A DNA stretch of 62,640 nt from an uncultured Bdellovibrio sp. (GCA_963932905.1 CAWVRN010000029.1:1-62640), one strand, 5' to 3'; positions 30,301 through 39,071 are shown, numbered from the stretch's first letter. Notes: generated by a model from the sequence alone, not told the origin. Made by a program: numbers and translations.

Positions 30301-33108
30301 TTGGCTGGCAAACAAGACAAGTATGCTCGTCAACACCAATTCCGTCGGCAGACTAGTTTGCCATAGTGGCTTTTTTGTGCCGCTGATTTGTTTTTCCATC
30401 TGCGCCGCTGTTGACCATTCTAATAAACGAGAGTGAGAAAAGTAACGACGGTAAAAAACGCGGCAAATCGCATCCACATGAATAACCGCTTGATGAGCCA
30501 GGAACCACAGGTGAAAGAGTATTTGGTAGATGTGAATTTTAATATTACCTAAAAAACCATCCCAGCGTCCTTGGCTTTTGCCAAACATTAACTTCAACGT
30601 ATTCATCCCACTTTGGATCACAACAGGGAGAGCAATCAGCGCTATGACTAGACTAAACCAAAACGCTGGTGTTCCAGGCAAGGCAATCAGCGAAAGCGTC
30701 AACAATAAAAACGTGGATGGGGACACTAGGCTTCGGCGCAAATTATCAAATATTTTCCAACGTGAAATTAACGGTGTTCCTGATTTTAAAAACCAAGGCA
30801 TCGCTTGCCAATCACCACGGGTCCAGCGATGTTGGCGTGTGAAAAATGTATGATAGGATTGCGGGTAATCGTCGATAAGTTCGATGTCGCTTAAAAGAGC
30901 AGTGCGCGAAAAAATGCCTTCTAATAAATCATGACTCAGAATCGTATTCTCTGGGAAACGGTCTTTCAGTGCCGCTTCAAACGCGTCTACATCATAGAGT
31001 CCTTTGCCAGTGTAGGAACCTTCATAAAACAAATCTTGATAAACGTCTGATACAGCCGTGGTGTAAGGATCAATACCCACATAGCCAGAGAAAATTTTAG
31101 CAAACAGGGATAGTGATGAACTTTCTAACGAAACTCCAATACGTGGTTGTAGAATGCCATAGCCTTCAGTGATACGGCCTGTTGCTTTGTCAAATACGGC
31201 GCGATTTAGCGGATGCAGGGCCGTTCCGATTAATTTAGCTGCGGTATCGCGGGGCATACGCGTATCTGCGTCGACGGTGATAACGTAGCGAATGTTTCTA
31301 AGAAAACTTGAAGGCGCTGTGCTGACACTAAAACTGGTATCGGTTTTACCGCGTAGGAGAGAATTGAATTCGTGGATTTTTCCGCGCTTTCTTTCCCAGC
31401 CCATCCAACAATTTTCAGAATCATTCCATTGACGGCGACGATGGAAAATATAGAAATGGGGATTGCCATTTTCAAGTACATATTTTTGATTCAATAAATC
31501 AATGCCGCGTAGAGCGAAATTTAGGATATTCTCATCTTCATCTGTGGTCTCGCTGTCAGCATCGGTATAGTCGGTAACTAGCGCAAACGATATTTGGGGA
31601 TCAGAATTGCCCAAGTAATGAATTTCCATTTTCTCTAGCAATTCAGCAACGGTCTTGCGGCCCGCTAACATACAAGGAATGATGACCATCGTTTTTGCTT
31701 CAGGAGGAATGCCATTAGATAGATCTAATTTTGGTAATCGTTTGGGATGAAGGATGTGAGTTAAAATAAAATTCGTCAGTCCTAACGCAAGCTCACTGGC
31801 TGGAATCAATGTTAAAAAAGCGATACCTATCAAGGCCCAGATGCCGACACCATAGTCGCGACTGTAATTTAGTGGCACCATCAGAATCAGAATTAGGAAA
31901 ATGCTAATCAATGAAAAGTAAGTTAGATTTTTATTTGCCTGTAAAGTGGTTGATAGCCAGTTTTGTTTGTATCCCAGACTCTGACTGAGTAGATGAAAGC
32001 CGTCACCGATTACATAGTACCCAACATGAGAGGTTTTTTCGTTGGTGCCTTTTGCCGCCCTTTTAATGATGTCATCAGCAATAGCTATTTCGGAGGTTTG
32101 TGTTTTTTTGCTAAGTTTTTCGATGATATGTCGATATTGATCTCGAGTTTGGAAATCCAGTTGTCGGTAGATGGGATCTTGTTCCAATATACGATCTACA
32201 CGACTAAGGCTTTCAATAAATTCGCGCCAGTTTAAGCTCGACAGCAATCGCATGCTGGTGATTATGTTTGCAACGGTAACTTGGTTGGCGACTTGACGTT
32301 GTAAAGTTGCCCGGACAGTGGCTTCTGCCGAAGAATCTTTTTTGTTTAAATAGGTTTCTAAAACTTCAAGTGCAGGCCAGATTTCTGGTTCTTGATCGCG
32401 TAGTCGTTTTGCCAGTTGAGCCATGTAAACAATATCGTCGTGTTCTGATTGTTCAAGTTGCGATTTTAGTTCCGCAATCAGTATTTTAAATTTTTCTTTG
32501 TCGACTACGTTGTCGAATAATTGATCGGCAAATCGATTTGCTAAACTGCGTTTATCGTGATCGACAACGGTGCGAACAGCAAGGCGGCGCAGATTTTCTA
32601 CCAGCACCAATCGCAGTGTGATCGGTAGCGCCCACAGTTCACCAATCGTTAACGAACATGTTTTTTGATATGATGAAAAGAAGCGACGAATTGTTTCTGG
32701 TTCTAGTTCGCTGTCAGTATGTGCAATCAGCGCCAGCGCCAAAGCATAAATGCGCGGGTAACCGGTAAGGTCACCCACAGCTAATTTGGGCAATTCCTTA
32801 TAATAAGATGGAGGTAAATCCTCTTGTATTTCACGCAGCTGATCTTCAACAATATGAAAATTGTCGGTCAGCCATTCTGCGGCCGGAGGAATAGATTCTT
32901 TACGCTGCATAGATTCTGTCAATGAACGATAGGCTTCGACTAGTCGTTTACCGTTTTCCCGCATACGGGGCAGCAGAGGTTGAAATACGGAGGGATCTCC
33001 GCTGACTTTTAGCTCACCAGCTAAATAAGAAGCGTACTCTTCTAGTCTCTCGACGCTGTAGAGTTCACCACGGATTGCATTTTCTAACTGTTGTTCCGTG
33101 ATTTTCAA
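24397..33108 (-). CDS. ndvB: Cyclic beta-1,2-glucan synthase (Cgs/NdvB/ChvB; GT84 plus GH94 domains)
   Basis: 2903 aa; AEWLTDNF, GWERKRGK, LSHDLLEG, RQHRW, RTSPTNIG, YDLLGSEARL, QSGGAYGFRDQLQD, GDWNDGMN, RENGGQYTHAA. Confidence 0.95.
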   Translation of the reverse strand: MKITEQQLENAIRGELYSVERLEEYASYLAGELKVSGDPSVFQPLLPRMRENGKRLVEAYRSLTESMQRKESIPPAAEWLTDNFHIVEDQLREIQEDLPPSYYKELPKLAVGDLTGYPRIYALALALIAHTDSELEPETIRRFFSSYQKTCSLTIGELWALPITLRLVLVENLRRLAVRTVVDHDKRSLANRFADQLFDNVVDKEKFKILIAELKSQLEQSEHDDIVYMAQLAKRLRDQEPEIWPALEVLETYLNKKDSSAEATVRATLQRQVANQVTVANIITSMRLLSSLNWREFIESLSRVDRILEQDPIYRQLDFQTRDQYRHIIEKLSKKTQTSEIAIADDIIKRAAKGTNEKTSHVGYYVIGDGFHLLSQSLGYKQNWLSTTLQANKNLTYFSLISIFLILILMVPLNYSRDYGVGIWALIGIAFLTLIPASELALGLTNFILTHILHPKRLPKLDLSNGIPPEAKTMVIIPCMLAGRKTVAELLEKMEIHYLGNSDPQISFALVTDYTDADSETTDEDENILNFALRGIDLLNQKYVLENGNPHFYIFHRRRQWNDSENCWMGWERKRGKIHEFNSLLRGKTDTSFSVSTAPSSFLRNIRYVITVDADTRMPRDTAAKLIGTALHPLNRAVFDKATGRITEGYGILQPRIGVSLESSSLSLFAKIFSGYVGIDPYTTAVSDVYQDLFYEGSYTGKGLYDVDAFEAALKDRFPENTILSHDLLEGIFSRTALLSDIELIDDYPQSYHTFFTRQHRWTRGDWQAMPWFLKSGTPLISRWKIFDNLRRSLVSPSTFLLLTLSLIALPGTPAFWFSLVIALIALPVVIQSGMNTLKLMFGKSQGRWDGFLGNIKIHIYQILFHLWFLAHQAVIHVDAICRVFYRRYFSHSRLLEWSTAAQMEKQISGTKKPLWQTSLPTELVLTSILVLFASQNEVASTEWALTIAVWMSYPFAAKLISRQISREQKPIPSEDQNLLRQIARRTWHYFEDFVSQDDNWLPPDNHQLIPSVVTAHRTSPTNIGLYLMTISSARDFGFINTTQMLNRLTQTLQSMVKLERHEGHLLNWYDTKTLTPLYPKYVSTVDSGNLAGYLVVARQTCLDVPKSKIVDSKFLLGLGDIIRIVEHELIPQEDAARPLLALFRDCKQRLCEPSTHDFSHWIIHLKSLRQSFEKAKNYILNFSNNSTEEILMWMNLGLDQITVQQIEILEKSPWAQDIYVPMEKQLSDIMPLLGLKWKQLIHSVRTESDLFHLQTNYRSAVEDLNELIKATSAEKRAPTAIIDSLRKLLEQVLHAQSSLEEFFNQAQSCAEQINKLFNEMNFNFLLDKKREVFSIGYNVSENRFDHSSYDLLGSEARLASFVAIAKGDVPQEHWFRLGRQLVPAAGGRALISWTASMFEYLMPNLVMHDYKNTLLNETVHTVVEGQIAYGNEHRIPWGVSEAGYNARDLQMNYQYGPFGVPGFGLKRGLSHDLVISPYSTVLAAMVKPHAAIENMKRLIKDNLLSAHGFYEAVDYTRERLPQNEKFAVIRSFMAHHQGMSLVAINNVLNQSIIRERFHADPRIRATQLLLQERIPHGVNPVPPKAAEIEIEVHRQPSNSSLIRNYNNPDGITPRTHLLSNRTYSVMLSTAGGGYSKCGDVGVTRWREDATRDHLGSFIFIKNKSDKVLWSSGFQPLPSLPEEYQVTFSEDKAEFRRRDGDVSTHTQIIVAPEDNVEIRHITLTNHSGKAKTIELTSYLEPTLNPPNNDLDHQAFSKLFIQTEYLASKNALLAKRRKRSIHEVENWSLHAVVADGNIMSNIQYETDRNNFIGRGRSISKALALLEDRNLSNETGAAIDPILSLRIQVELPEHGKVQVAFTTGLTQSKEKALELADRYHDIHAFDRESKRAWTQAQVDLRHLNIDSQTAYLYQRLAERILYSEPSLRPPTHQRVANTNQQSSLWPSGIGGDLPIVAVRIDDQKDMAVVRKLLRCHEYLRLKGLVYDFVIINEHESNYFQDVQDELHQQIRSTGSQGWLNKNGGIFVLRKNITPEKDLAHILAVSRVSLVASEPLEEQINRRPTEEKYPPLANFKYADKIPDKKNLRSTPPPKMDLEFFNGYGGFTRDGREYVTILKQDHWTPAPWINVIGNRRGFGFQISEAGSGFTWNANSQANRLTPWSNDPIIDPPGEIIYLRDDETGEVWTPTPLPIRSENSYIIRHGQGYSVFEHNSHEFEHRLTMFVPIDDTVKISLLKIKNTSARNRKISITSYTEWVLGTRREKTAAYLICDFDPDSGAIFAKNPHDNEFANKVAFADISTTDITFTCSRKEFIGRNGNYADPIALKRQGLSKKYGTGQDPCAVLQSSVEIAPGQEFEVSILLGQTESHELARQLIQRYENIDKVKKAYLDAVKYWDDLISTVQIKTPEPSLNILMNRWLLYQTLSCRYWARTAFYQSGGAYGFRDQLQDCMAFVYSDPKLAREQIIRASERQFKEGDVQHWWHPPTGRGIRTTMSDDLLWLPLVVSFYIQTTGDQSILDEKTHFIEAPLLNPGQEDSYTQPSVSQESASILDHCIRAINRSLPVGQHGLPLIGTGDWNDGMNRIGVHGQGESVWLGWFLYKVLDDFMPHLPTIDQTKYRAHMEQLKQSLESSGWDGEWYRRAYFDDGTPVGSQQSDECKIDSISQSWAVISKAGDEKRIQQAMQNVEKYLVKKDSKLILLLTPPFDKGAKNPGYIKGYIPGVRENGGQYTHAAIWVIMAFAELGHGDKAMEFYNMINPILHSQAQNDTLEYKIEPYVLAGDVYGEPPYVGRGGWSWYTGSSSWYYRAALESILGFQLRGDKLKINPCIPETWRAFEIKYRHKDTQYTIEVRNPNGCRKGAVKIEQEGRLLSESEILLVNDKREHHVVVTLIEKTPTTHLGLPTPI

Positions 33109-33569
33109 ACGTGTTTGGCCTTTTCAAAAATAGGCGTTGGTTTTGGCGGGATGTTGCCGCGGATACGATCGCGTAAACCCGATGAACTAAAACCGTGCTT
33201 GCGATCGATAAAATGAATGGCAATATCGCTAAGACCTTTGCCCGTGTAGTCCTTGTTGCGATAGTCCTCACCTAAGAAACGCACGTGAGGTTTTTCGTTG
33301 ATCAACATTAAGTATAAATCATCTTCCGTTTCGTAAGGGATGACTTTGTTAATATATTTGCAACCGGTGAGTTTAATATAGCGCTCGTAGGCTGACTCCA
33401 CCGGTTTGTTTTTTTGATCGCGTTCATTTGAAGGGTCGATATGTAAACCCACGATTAAATAGTCGCAATTATCTGCACATTCTTTTAGCATCATCATGTG
33501 ACCAGCATGAGGTCCCAAATCAAATGCTCCCGCTATAAAACCTTTTTTGGCTTCGCTAGTGACTTCCAT
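33105..33569 (-). CDS. Cytidylyltransferase (TagD/glycerol-3-phosphate CT-like)
   Basis: GAFDLGPHAGH (HxGH), CDYLIVGL, IPYETE, RKHGFSSSGLR; stop overlaps the cgs TTG start. Confidence 0.85.
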   Translation of the reverse strand: MEVTSEAKKGFIAGAFDLGPHAGHMMMLKECADNCDYLIVGLHIDPSNERDQKNKPVESAYERYIKLTGCKYINKVIPYETEDDLYLMLINEKPHVRFLGEDYRNKDYTGKGLSDIAIHFIDRKHGFSSSGLRDRIRGNIPPKPTPIFEKAKHV

Positions 33570-33695
33570 AGTGATGTTCCCTTTTGCCTTGTTAGACTAT
33601 AACGGGGCTATATGCTACAGTGGTGTAGTTAATTTCCCCAAGATTTTGTCTCTTCTTCGCGTAATGGCTTTTTGGCCGTTGCTGGTTTGTTTATC

Positions 33696-33712
33696 AGCAT
33701 AGAAAGTGCCAA
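33696..33712 (-). promoter_or_regulatory. Putative sigma54 promoter of the cytidylyltransferase-cgs operon
   Basis: Minus strand TTGGCACTTTCTATGCT matches TGGCAC-N5-(T/A)TGC. Confidence 0.7.
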
Positions 33713-33720
33713 CCGAGAAA

Positions 33721-33980
33721 GAACTGGCTCCTTAGCTTGCGGCTAAGAAGCTAAATTCTATTGGAAAGACAGTTGTTTAGTTGAAATTTAAAAGCGCTGT
33801 CTTGAAACAGTTTTTCAAAAGAAAAATTATTATCCGAATTAACTCGGAATACATTCGAGTTTCGATCCCTCAAAAAAAGCGAGCGTGTTGAATCTTTCTG
33901 GGTTTTAGATAGCACGTTTTAAATTCACTTGATTTGACGATATCTTACTTGGCCTTAGCCGCAGGCTAAGGGGCCAGTTC
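33721..33980. mobile_element. 260-bp non-autonomous REPIN/MITE-like element
   Basis: 27-bp terminal inverted repeats GAACTGGCYCCTTAGCYTGCGGCTAAG (2 mismatches), each with an internal hairpin; degenerate inner IR; second copy at 1-54. Confidence 0.7.
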
Positions 33981-34503
33981 ACAGATCAATCAATTCCGTA
34001 TACATAATATCCCGGTCGCCCGAAGGATCGGAAACAACGGTCGCTACTTCGCCCCAAAACGGAATCTCTTTCGAAGTGCAATTCACAGCAAACGCTTGCC
34101 CAGTAACCGGGCCGATTCGATAGGTTTTGCATGTGCTTTGGTATGTGCCCACCTTCAACTTAAGCGTCGTTTTTTTCTGTCCGATATAAAAAGCGGTGTC
34201 TGCTGGATAGAAATCGACGTGAGTGTAGTTTGGAATTTGTCCAGAGCATTGACTCGCGACGGTTTTATCGTTCTTCGTGTTGACTATGTACTGGCAAACT
34301 TTAACCTGGTTTCCAAGATAGATGGTTTCTTCTACCTTGGCTTTATTTTCAGTGACTTCAATTACCTTTAGAATTTTCGAGCCGCTATATTGGCGGCCTT
34401 CGATTTTGAAACCGGCTGCTGAGTTTAATTTCCATTTTGTGCTGTCGGCGTTAGCTAGTATTGAACTGGCGATAATTAAGACTGCGGCGGCAAAGTGTTT
34501 CAT
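33979..34503 (-). CDS. Hypothetical secreted protein
   Basis: Signal peptide MKHFAAAVLIIASSILANA; SD AAGGA. Confidence 0.75.
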   Translation of the reverse strand: MKHFAAAVLIIASSILANADSTKWKLNSAAGFKIEGRQYSGSKILKVIEVTENKAKVEETIYLGNQVKVCQYIVNTKNDKTVASQCSGQIPNYTHVDFYPADTAFYIGQKKTTLKLKVGTYQSTCKTYRIGPVTGQAFAVNCTSKEIPFWGEVATVVSDPSGDRDIMYTELIDL

Positions 34504-34799
34504 ACTCGATCCTTTTTAAATATTACGGACAGCAACTACCATCATATTTATTTTCTGATCGACGGCAATAGGCTTCTGATGCTGCTGATCTAAATGCGGA
34601 TGTGAATACGCAAGATTTCATACGCTTCTTCTGGAATGTTTAAATTTTGTTTGTTTTGTAAGCAAAATAGACAAAATGATAGAGGAGGTGATAGTTGCAA
34701 ACATTTTCCCACTTGGAAAAAATTTTTTATGGCACTGTGTTTTTGTTTGCGGAACGAAGCAACTCGACGGACAGTTATAGACGTCTCGGGGGGGATTCA

Positions 34800-35600
34800 A
34801 TGAACTATCTATTAAGCTGTATTTGCTTAACATTTTCTATTTTTACATCGGCCGGAGTCTACACAAGTTCGGCACCATTACATTCGGCGTCGCGCGGGTA
34901 TCGTGAGCCAGCGGCATCGGCTCTGCAACGTTATCGCCAGCGCTTAGCTCTATACGGGGTGAGAGCGATTCAGGAAGACACTCCATTAGGGCAAGCTAAG
35001 CCTATAGATATGCTCAGTTATGAACGTGTCCCTGCTTACCAAAGTGTGACGGTGGCAGCTCAAGCGTTTGCTAAACTTCGTGATACAAAATTTATCAAAG
35101 ATTCGAACCATAATATGGTTCGACGTTCAAGCTGGTTGTACCCAGATGATGGTTGTTTTGCACGCGCGGCGCTGGCAGTTCAAAACTTAAAAACGTGGAA
35201 AATGCCGGCTCCGGCGAAGCTTTTTATCTTTGGAAATCTAACTGTTAAGACAAACAATTCACCTAATGGTTCCGTTAGCTGGTGGTACCACGTTGTTCCG
35301 ATCGTAATGGTGGGGCAGCAACCTGTGGTTTTTGATCCTGCGATCAATTCTGCTGGCCCGATGTATTTAAAAGATTGGATTGCGACTATGACTACCAATT
35401 TAAAAACGGTGTCATTTAGTATCTGCAAACCATCCTCTTACGCACCCTCAAGCCCCTGCGCAGCAGATTCAAATTCTAGTGATCCGGCGCTGGATCATCA
35501 AATGATGTATCTAACCGCCGAATGGGACCGTGTGACTGAAATGAAACGCGATCCAACAAAAGAATTGGGTGATTATCCACCATGGTCTAGACGACGCTAA
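34800..35600 (+). CDS. Secreted protein-glutamine glutaminase-family protein
   Basis: YPDDGCFARA (Cys), WWYHVVP (His), VFDP (Asp); start at MNYLL after G-rich SD. Confidence 0.8.
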   Translation: MNYLLSCICLTFSIFTSAGVYTSSAPLHSASRGYREPAASALQRYRQRLALYGVRAIQEDTPLGQAKPIDMLSYERVPAYQSVTVAAQAFAKLRDTKFIKDSNHNMVRRSSWLYPDDGCFARAALAVQNLKTWKMPAPAKLFIFGNLTVKTNNSPNGSVSWWYHVVPIVMVGQQPVVFDPAINSAGPMYLKDWIATMTTNLKTVSFSICKPSSYAPSSPCAADSNSSDPALDHQMMYLTAEWDRVTEMKRDPTKELGDYPPWSRRR

Positions 35601-35635
35601 AATCAGCGATAGCTCGACGTAGAGATCGGAAGAAT

Positions 35636-35671
35636 AAATAAAAAAGCCGCAAACAGGGCGGCTTGCGGCTT
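35636..35671 (-). terminator. Terminator of the argJ-argR-hss operon
   Basis: AAGCCGCAA...TTGCGGCTT stem with an A-run on + (U-run on -). Confidence 0.6.
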
Positions 35672-35704
35672 CTAGGAGGAACAGTAAGACTACGAAAGGG
35701 TGTC

Positions 35705-37150
35705 TTAACGTACTAACGTATTTTTAAACTGCCATGGATCTGTGTGATCCAAATCTTCTTTGAAGAATTTGTTCGCACCATTCACTGGATTCCAATCCGT
35801 GTAGAACCCGTTCACTGGACCCAAATAAGGCGACTGGAATTCTAAACAGCGTTTGAAATCCATTTCGTCGGCTTCTACGATGCCGGCTTTTGGGTTTTCA
35901 AGTGCCCAAGCTATACCTGCTATCACCGCGGAAGTAACTTGCAGACCCGTTGCATTTTGGTAAGGTGCAATCGCGCGAGTTTCTTCAATCGTTAATTGAG
36001 ATCCATACCAATATGCATTCTTCGCGTGACCGTACAGCAAAACACCCAGTTCATCCATACCATCGACGATTTCATTTTCGTCCAGGATATGATGTTCTGG
36101 TTGACGTTCACCGCCAGCACCAAACATTTCTTCTAAAGACAAAATCGCATCGTTTGCCGGATGGTAGGCGTAATGGCATGTCGGACGGTAGGTCGCATTT
36201 TTACCAGTGCCCACAGTGAAGTAATCAGAAATAGAAATAGCTTCATTGTGAGTCACAAGGCGAGCGTACTGAGGCCCCGGAGTTGGGCACCAACTTTTTA
36301 CACGCGTGTTCGCGCCCGGTTGTTGTAAGTAGATCGCAGCTTGGCAACCAGTTTCATGCTGTTTACCGTTAGCGGGCATCCATTTTTCAAATGTACCCCA
36401 GCCAAGTTCTGCGGGCTGCATACCTTCTGATACGAAACCTTCAACAGACCACGTGTTCACAAAGTGATTCATTGGTTTTGGTTTGTCAGCGCGTTGAGTG
36501 TCGCGTTCCGCAATATGAATACCTTTAACGCCTACTTTTTGCATCAACAGCGCCCACTCTTGGCGAGTTTTCGGAGTCGTGAATGTCATTTTTAAATCTG
36601 TGGCTAAATTCACAAGTGCTTGTTTCACAAACCAAGACACCATGCCTGGATTAGCTCCGCAGCAAGAAACCGCCGTCACGCCGCCGGGGCTAAGGCGTTT
36701 TTCTTCAAGAACTGTCTCACGAAGCGCATAATTTGTACGAGCTGCCGAGGATTTTGAATCATCAAAATAAAACCCAGCCCATGGTTCTACCACTGTATCG
36801 ATGTAGTGCACATCTAAATCACGGCAGAACTTCATAACATCAAGTGAACATACGTCGACAGACAAGTTCACACAGAAACCACGACCTGTGCCGCCAGTTA
36901 AGAGAGGCTTAAGCACGTCTTTGTAGTTAGCTTCGGTTAAACCCGTTTTGATAAAACGAATGCCGCGTTCATCAAGTAGTTTGCGATCACGATCGGAAGG
37001 ATCGATTACGGTAAGACGTTCTTTATCAAATTTAAAATGGCGCTCAAGTAATGGTAGAGTGCCGCGACCGATAGAACCAAAGCCAATCATCACGATAGGG
37101 CCGGTGATTTCACCGTAGTTCTTGTTTGGAACTGTGTATTTTTTTGTCAT
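35705..37150 (-). CDS. hss: Homospermidine synthase
   Basis: IVMIGFGSIG, NLSVD, CCGANPG, IHIAERDTQ, NTWSVEGF, HNEAISI, QNATGLQV, DPWQF. Confidence 0.95.
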   Translation of the reverse strand: MTKKYTVPNKNYGEITGPIVMIGFGSIGRGTLPLLERHFKFDKERLTVIDPSDRDRKLLDERGIRFIKTGLTEANYKDVLKPLLTGGTGRGFCVNLSVDVCSLDVMKFCRDLDVHYIDTVVEPWAGFYFDDSKSSAARTNYALRETVLEEKRLSPGGVTAVSCCGANPGMVSWFVKQALVNLATDLKMTFTTPKTRQEWALLMQKVGVKGIHIAERDTQRADKPKPMNHFVNTWSVEGFVSEGMQPAELGWGTFEKWMPANGKQHETGCQAAIYLQQPGANTRVKSWCPTPGPQYARLVTHNEAISISDYFTVGTGKNATYRPTCHYAYHPANDAILSLEEMFGAGGERQPEHHILDENEIVDGMDELGVLLYGHAKNAYWYGSQLTIEETRAIAPYQNATGLQVTSAVIAGIAWALENPKAGIVEADEMDFKRCLEFQSPYLGPVNGFYTDWNPVNGANKFFKEDLDHTDPWQFKNTLVR

Positions 37151-37193
37151 CTGAATTCTCCTTTTAAAAAACTTTTATTCTTTGCTTCAATGG

Positions 37194-37661
37194 TTACAGA
37201 AACTCTTCTTTGATTTTCTTAACCAGAGCCGCGATTTTCTTGGTCGATTGCGGGGCCACGAAAATCGTATCATCCCCTGACACCGTTCCTAAAATACCGA
37301 GTGGCTCGCGTAATCCATCCATGCGCGCCGCCAATAAGCTGGCTGCTCCGGGAGTGGTATGAACCACCACCATGGATTCGTTGTATTCTACTTGTAGAAC
37401 TAGTCCGGAAAGGTCCAAATTAAAACTCGCGTGCATTGGGCGATGATCTTCCGGTAAATAGTAAACAATTTCACCTTCTGCATTTGTCGCCTTGATCGCA
37501 CCGATTCGGCGCAAGTCACGTGACACCGTACTTTGAGTCACGTCAAAGCGTTTCTTGCGAAGCGATTCACTCAGCTCTTCTTGGGTACTGGCTTCGCCTT
37601 CACGAATCAACTGGCGCAGAACCGCAAGACGGTCCTGCGAATCTATAATTTTCTCTTCCAT
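37194..37661 (-). CDS. argR: Arginine repressor
   Basis: TQEEL, VTQSTVSRDL, GTVSGDDTIF. Confidence 0.95.
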   Translation of the reverse strand: MEEKIIDSQDRLAVLRQLIREGEASTQEELSESLRKKRFDVTQSTVSRDLRRIGAIKATNAEGEIVYYLPEDHRPMHASFNLDLSGLVLQVEYNESMVVVHTTPGAASLLAARMDGLREPLGILGTVSGDDTIFVAPQSTKKIAALVKKIKEEFL

Positions 37662-37699
37662 AGTTTCCTCCTACGCTTAGGCATCCTGTTTGGGATGAA

Positions 37700-38896
37700 T
37701 CACGAGTATTCGGTATTAATGTCGACGTATTTACGCGATAGATCGCAGCCCCAAGCTGTGGCCGTGTGTTTTCCAGAATAGAAATTGATTTCGACCTTAA
37801 CGATAGATTGCTTGAGTAACGTTTTGATTTCGTCGCGCGGGAAGGCGACCGGTTGTCCTTTTTCGAACAACAGCACGCCTTGCAGTTTTAACGTCATCTT
37901 TTCTAAGTGTTCTTCGGGAACTTCTTCCGCACCTAAACGCGCTAAAATTCGACCCCAGTTAGGGTCTTCACCGTGTACTGCTGTCTTAATTAACGGGGAC
38001 AAAGTGATTCCGCGAGCCGCTTTCCTGGCCACGTGCAAATCACTGGCGCCTTTAAGCACGACTTCGATTAATTTTGAGGCCCCTTCGCCATCCGCCGCGA
38101 TTGATTTTGCCAAGAAAATGGCGATGTCTTCAAACGCCGCTTCAAATTTCTGAACGTCTTTGTCTGTTTCTAGGCCAAAACCAGAAGCACCGTTAGCCAT
38201 CACGAAACAGCAGTCGTTAGTTGATGTGTCGCCATCCACGCTGATCATGTTGAAGCTTACGTCTGCGGCCTTTTTAATCAAAGTCGCTGCATGGTCCGTA
38301 GTTAATTTTGCATCTGTTAATATATAGCCCAACATTGTCGCCATGTTCGGGTGAATCATGCCGGAACCTTTGCTGATGCCAGTGATGCGAATGGGACCAC
38401 TTGATAAGTTCACAACTGTCGTCACGGTTTTAGGAACTAGATCCGTAGTTAAAATAGCTGTGGCGAAACTCTCTGCGCAGTCATTGGCGCGAGTAATAAG
38501 CTCGGGCATTGAGGGCAGGATTTTATCTGTATCTAATTGTTCGCCGATTTTTCCTGTGCTAGCCACTAACACTTGTTTCGTGTCGCATTTAAGACTTTTT
38601 GCAAGGGCTGACACCATCATCATGTTTTTCTCTACGCCCTCAGAACCTGTGGCTGCGTTGGCTTGGCCAGAATTTGTGATGATTGCTAAAATATTATCCG
38701 CAGGCAAAAGAGCTTGAGTGTAACGAACGGGTGCTGCACGAGATGTGCTCTGAGTAAATACTCCAGCAGCGACCGCCGGAACCTCTGATAACAATAAGCC
38801 CATGTCGGGACGATAGCGACGAACGCCGCAATTGATTCCACTCGCTAAGAAGCCTTTGGGTAAAGGTGTTCTGCGTACTCCGGGTCCTAAAGTCAT
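37700..38896 (-). CDS. argJ: Ornithine acetyltransferase / glutamate N-acetyltransferase
   Basis: NSGQANAATG, KGSGMIHPNMATML (autocleavage Thr), VDGDTSTND, DGEGA, DPNWGRI, WGCDLS. Confidence 0.95.
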   Translation of the reverse strand: MTLGPGVRRTPLPKGFLASGINCGVRRYRPDMGLLLSEVPAVAAGVFTQSTSRAAPVRYTQALLPADNILAIITNSGQANAATGSEGVEKNMMMVSALAKSLKCDTKQVLVASTGKIGEQLDTDKILPSMPELITRANDCAESFATAILTTDLVPKTVTTVVNLSSGPIRITGISKGSGMIHPNMATMLGYILTDAKLTTDHAATLIKKAADVSFNMISVDGDTSTNDCCFVMANGASGFGLETDKDVQKFEAAFEDIAIFLAKSIAADGEGASKLIEVVLKGASDLHVARKAARGITLSPLIKTAVHGEDPNWGRILARLGAEEVPEEHLEKMTLKLQGVLLFEKGQPVAFPRDEIKTLLKQSIVKVEINFYSGKHTATAWGCDLSRKYVDINTEYS

Positions 38897-38972
38897 TTTA
38901 AACCTCCTAGTGGGTTTAAGTTTTTAGTAGCGTGCGGATCAATTTTTTCCGTCACACTTCCGGTTTTTCTTC

Positions 38973-39011
38973 CGTGCATAATTATGCCTATGGGGTGCAT
39001 AATGAGGCAGG
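38973..39011. promoter_or_regulatory. Tandem ARG boxes overlapping the argJ promoter
   Basis: cgTGCATAATTATGCcta and ggTGCATAATGAGGCAgg with 21-bp period; minus-strand TTGACG(39022-27)-N17-CATTAT(38999-39004). Confidence 0.8.
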
Positions 39012-39053
39012 ATAAAACCCCCGTCAATGTTTTATTTGCTATTAGATCAAAAA

Positions 39054-39071
39054 AATGCATAATTAGTCTCA
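39054..39071 (+). promoter_or_regulatory. Single ARG-box-like site over the decarboxylase -10
   Basis: aaTGCATAATTAGtctca; TTGCTA-N16-CATAAT. Confidence 0.55.
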
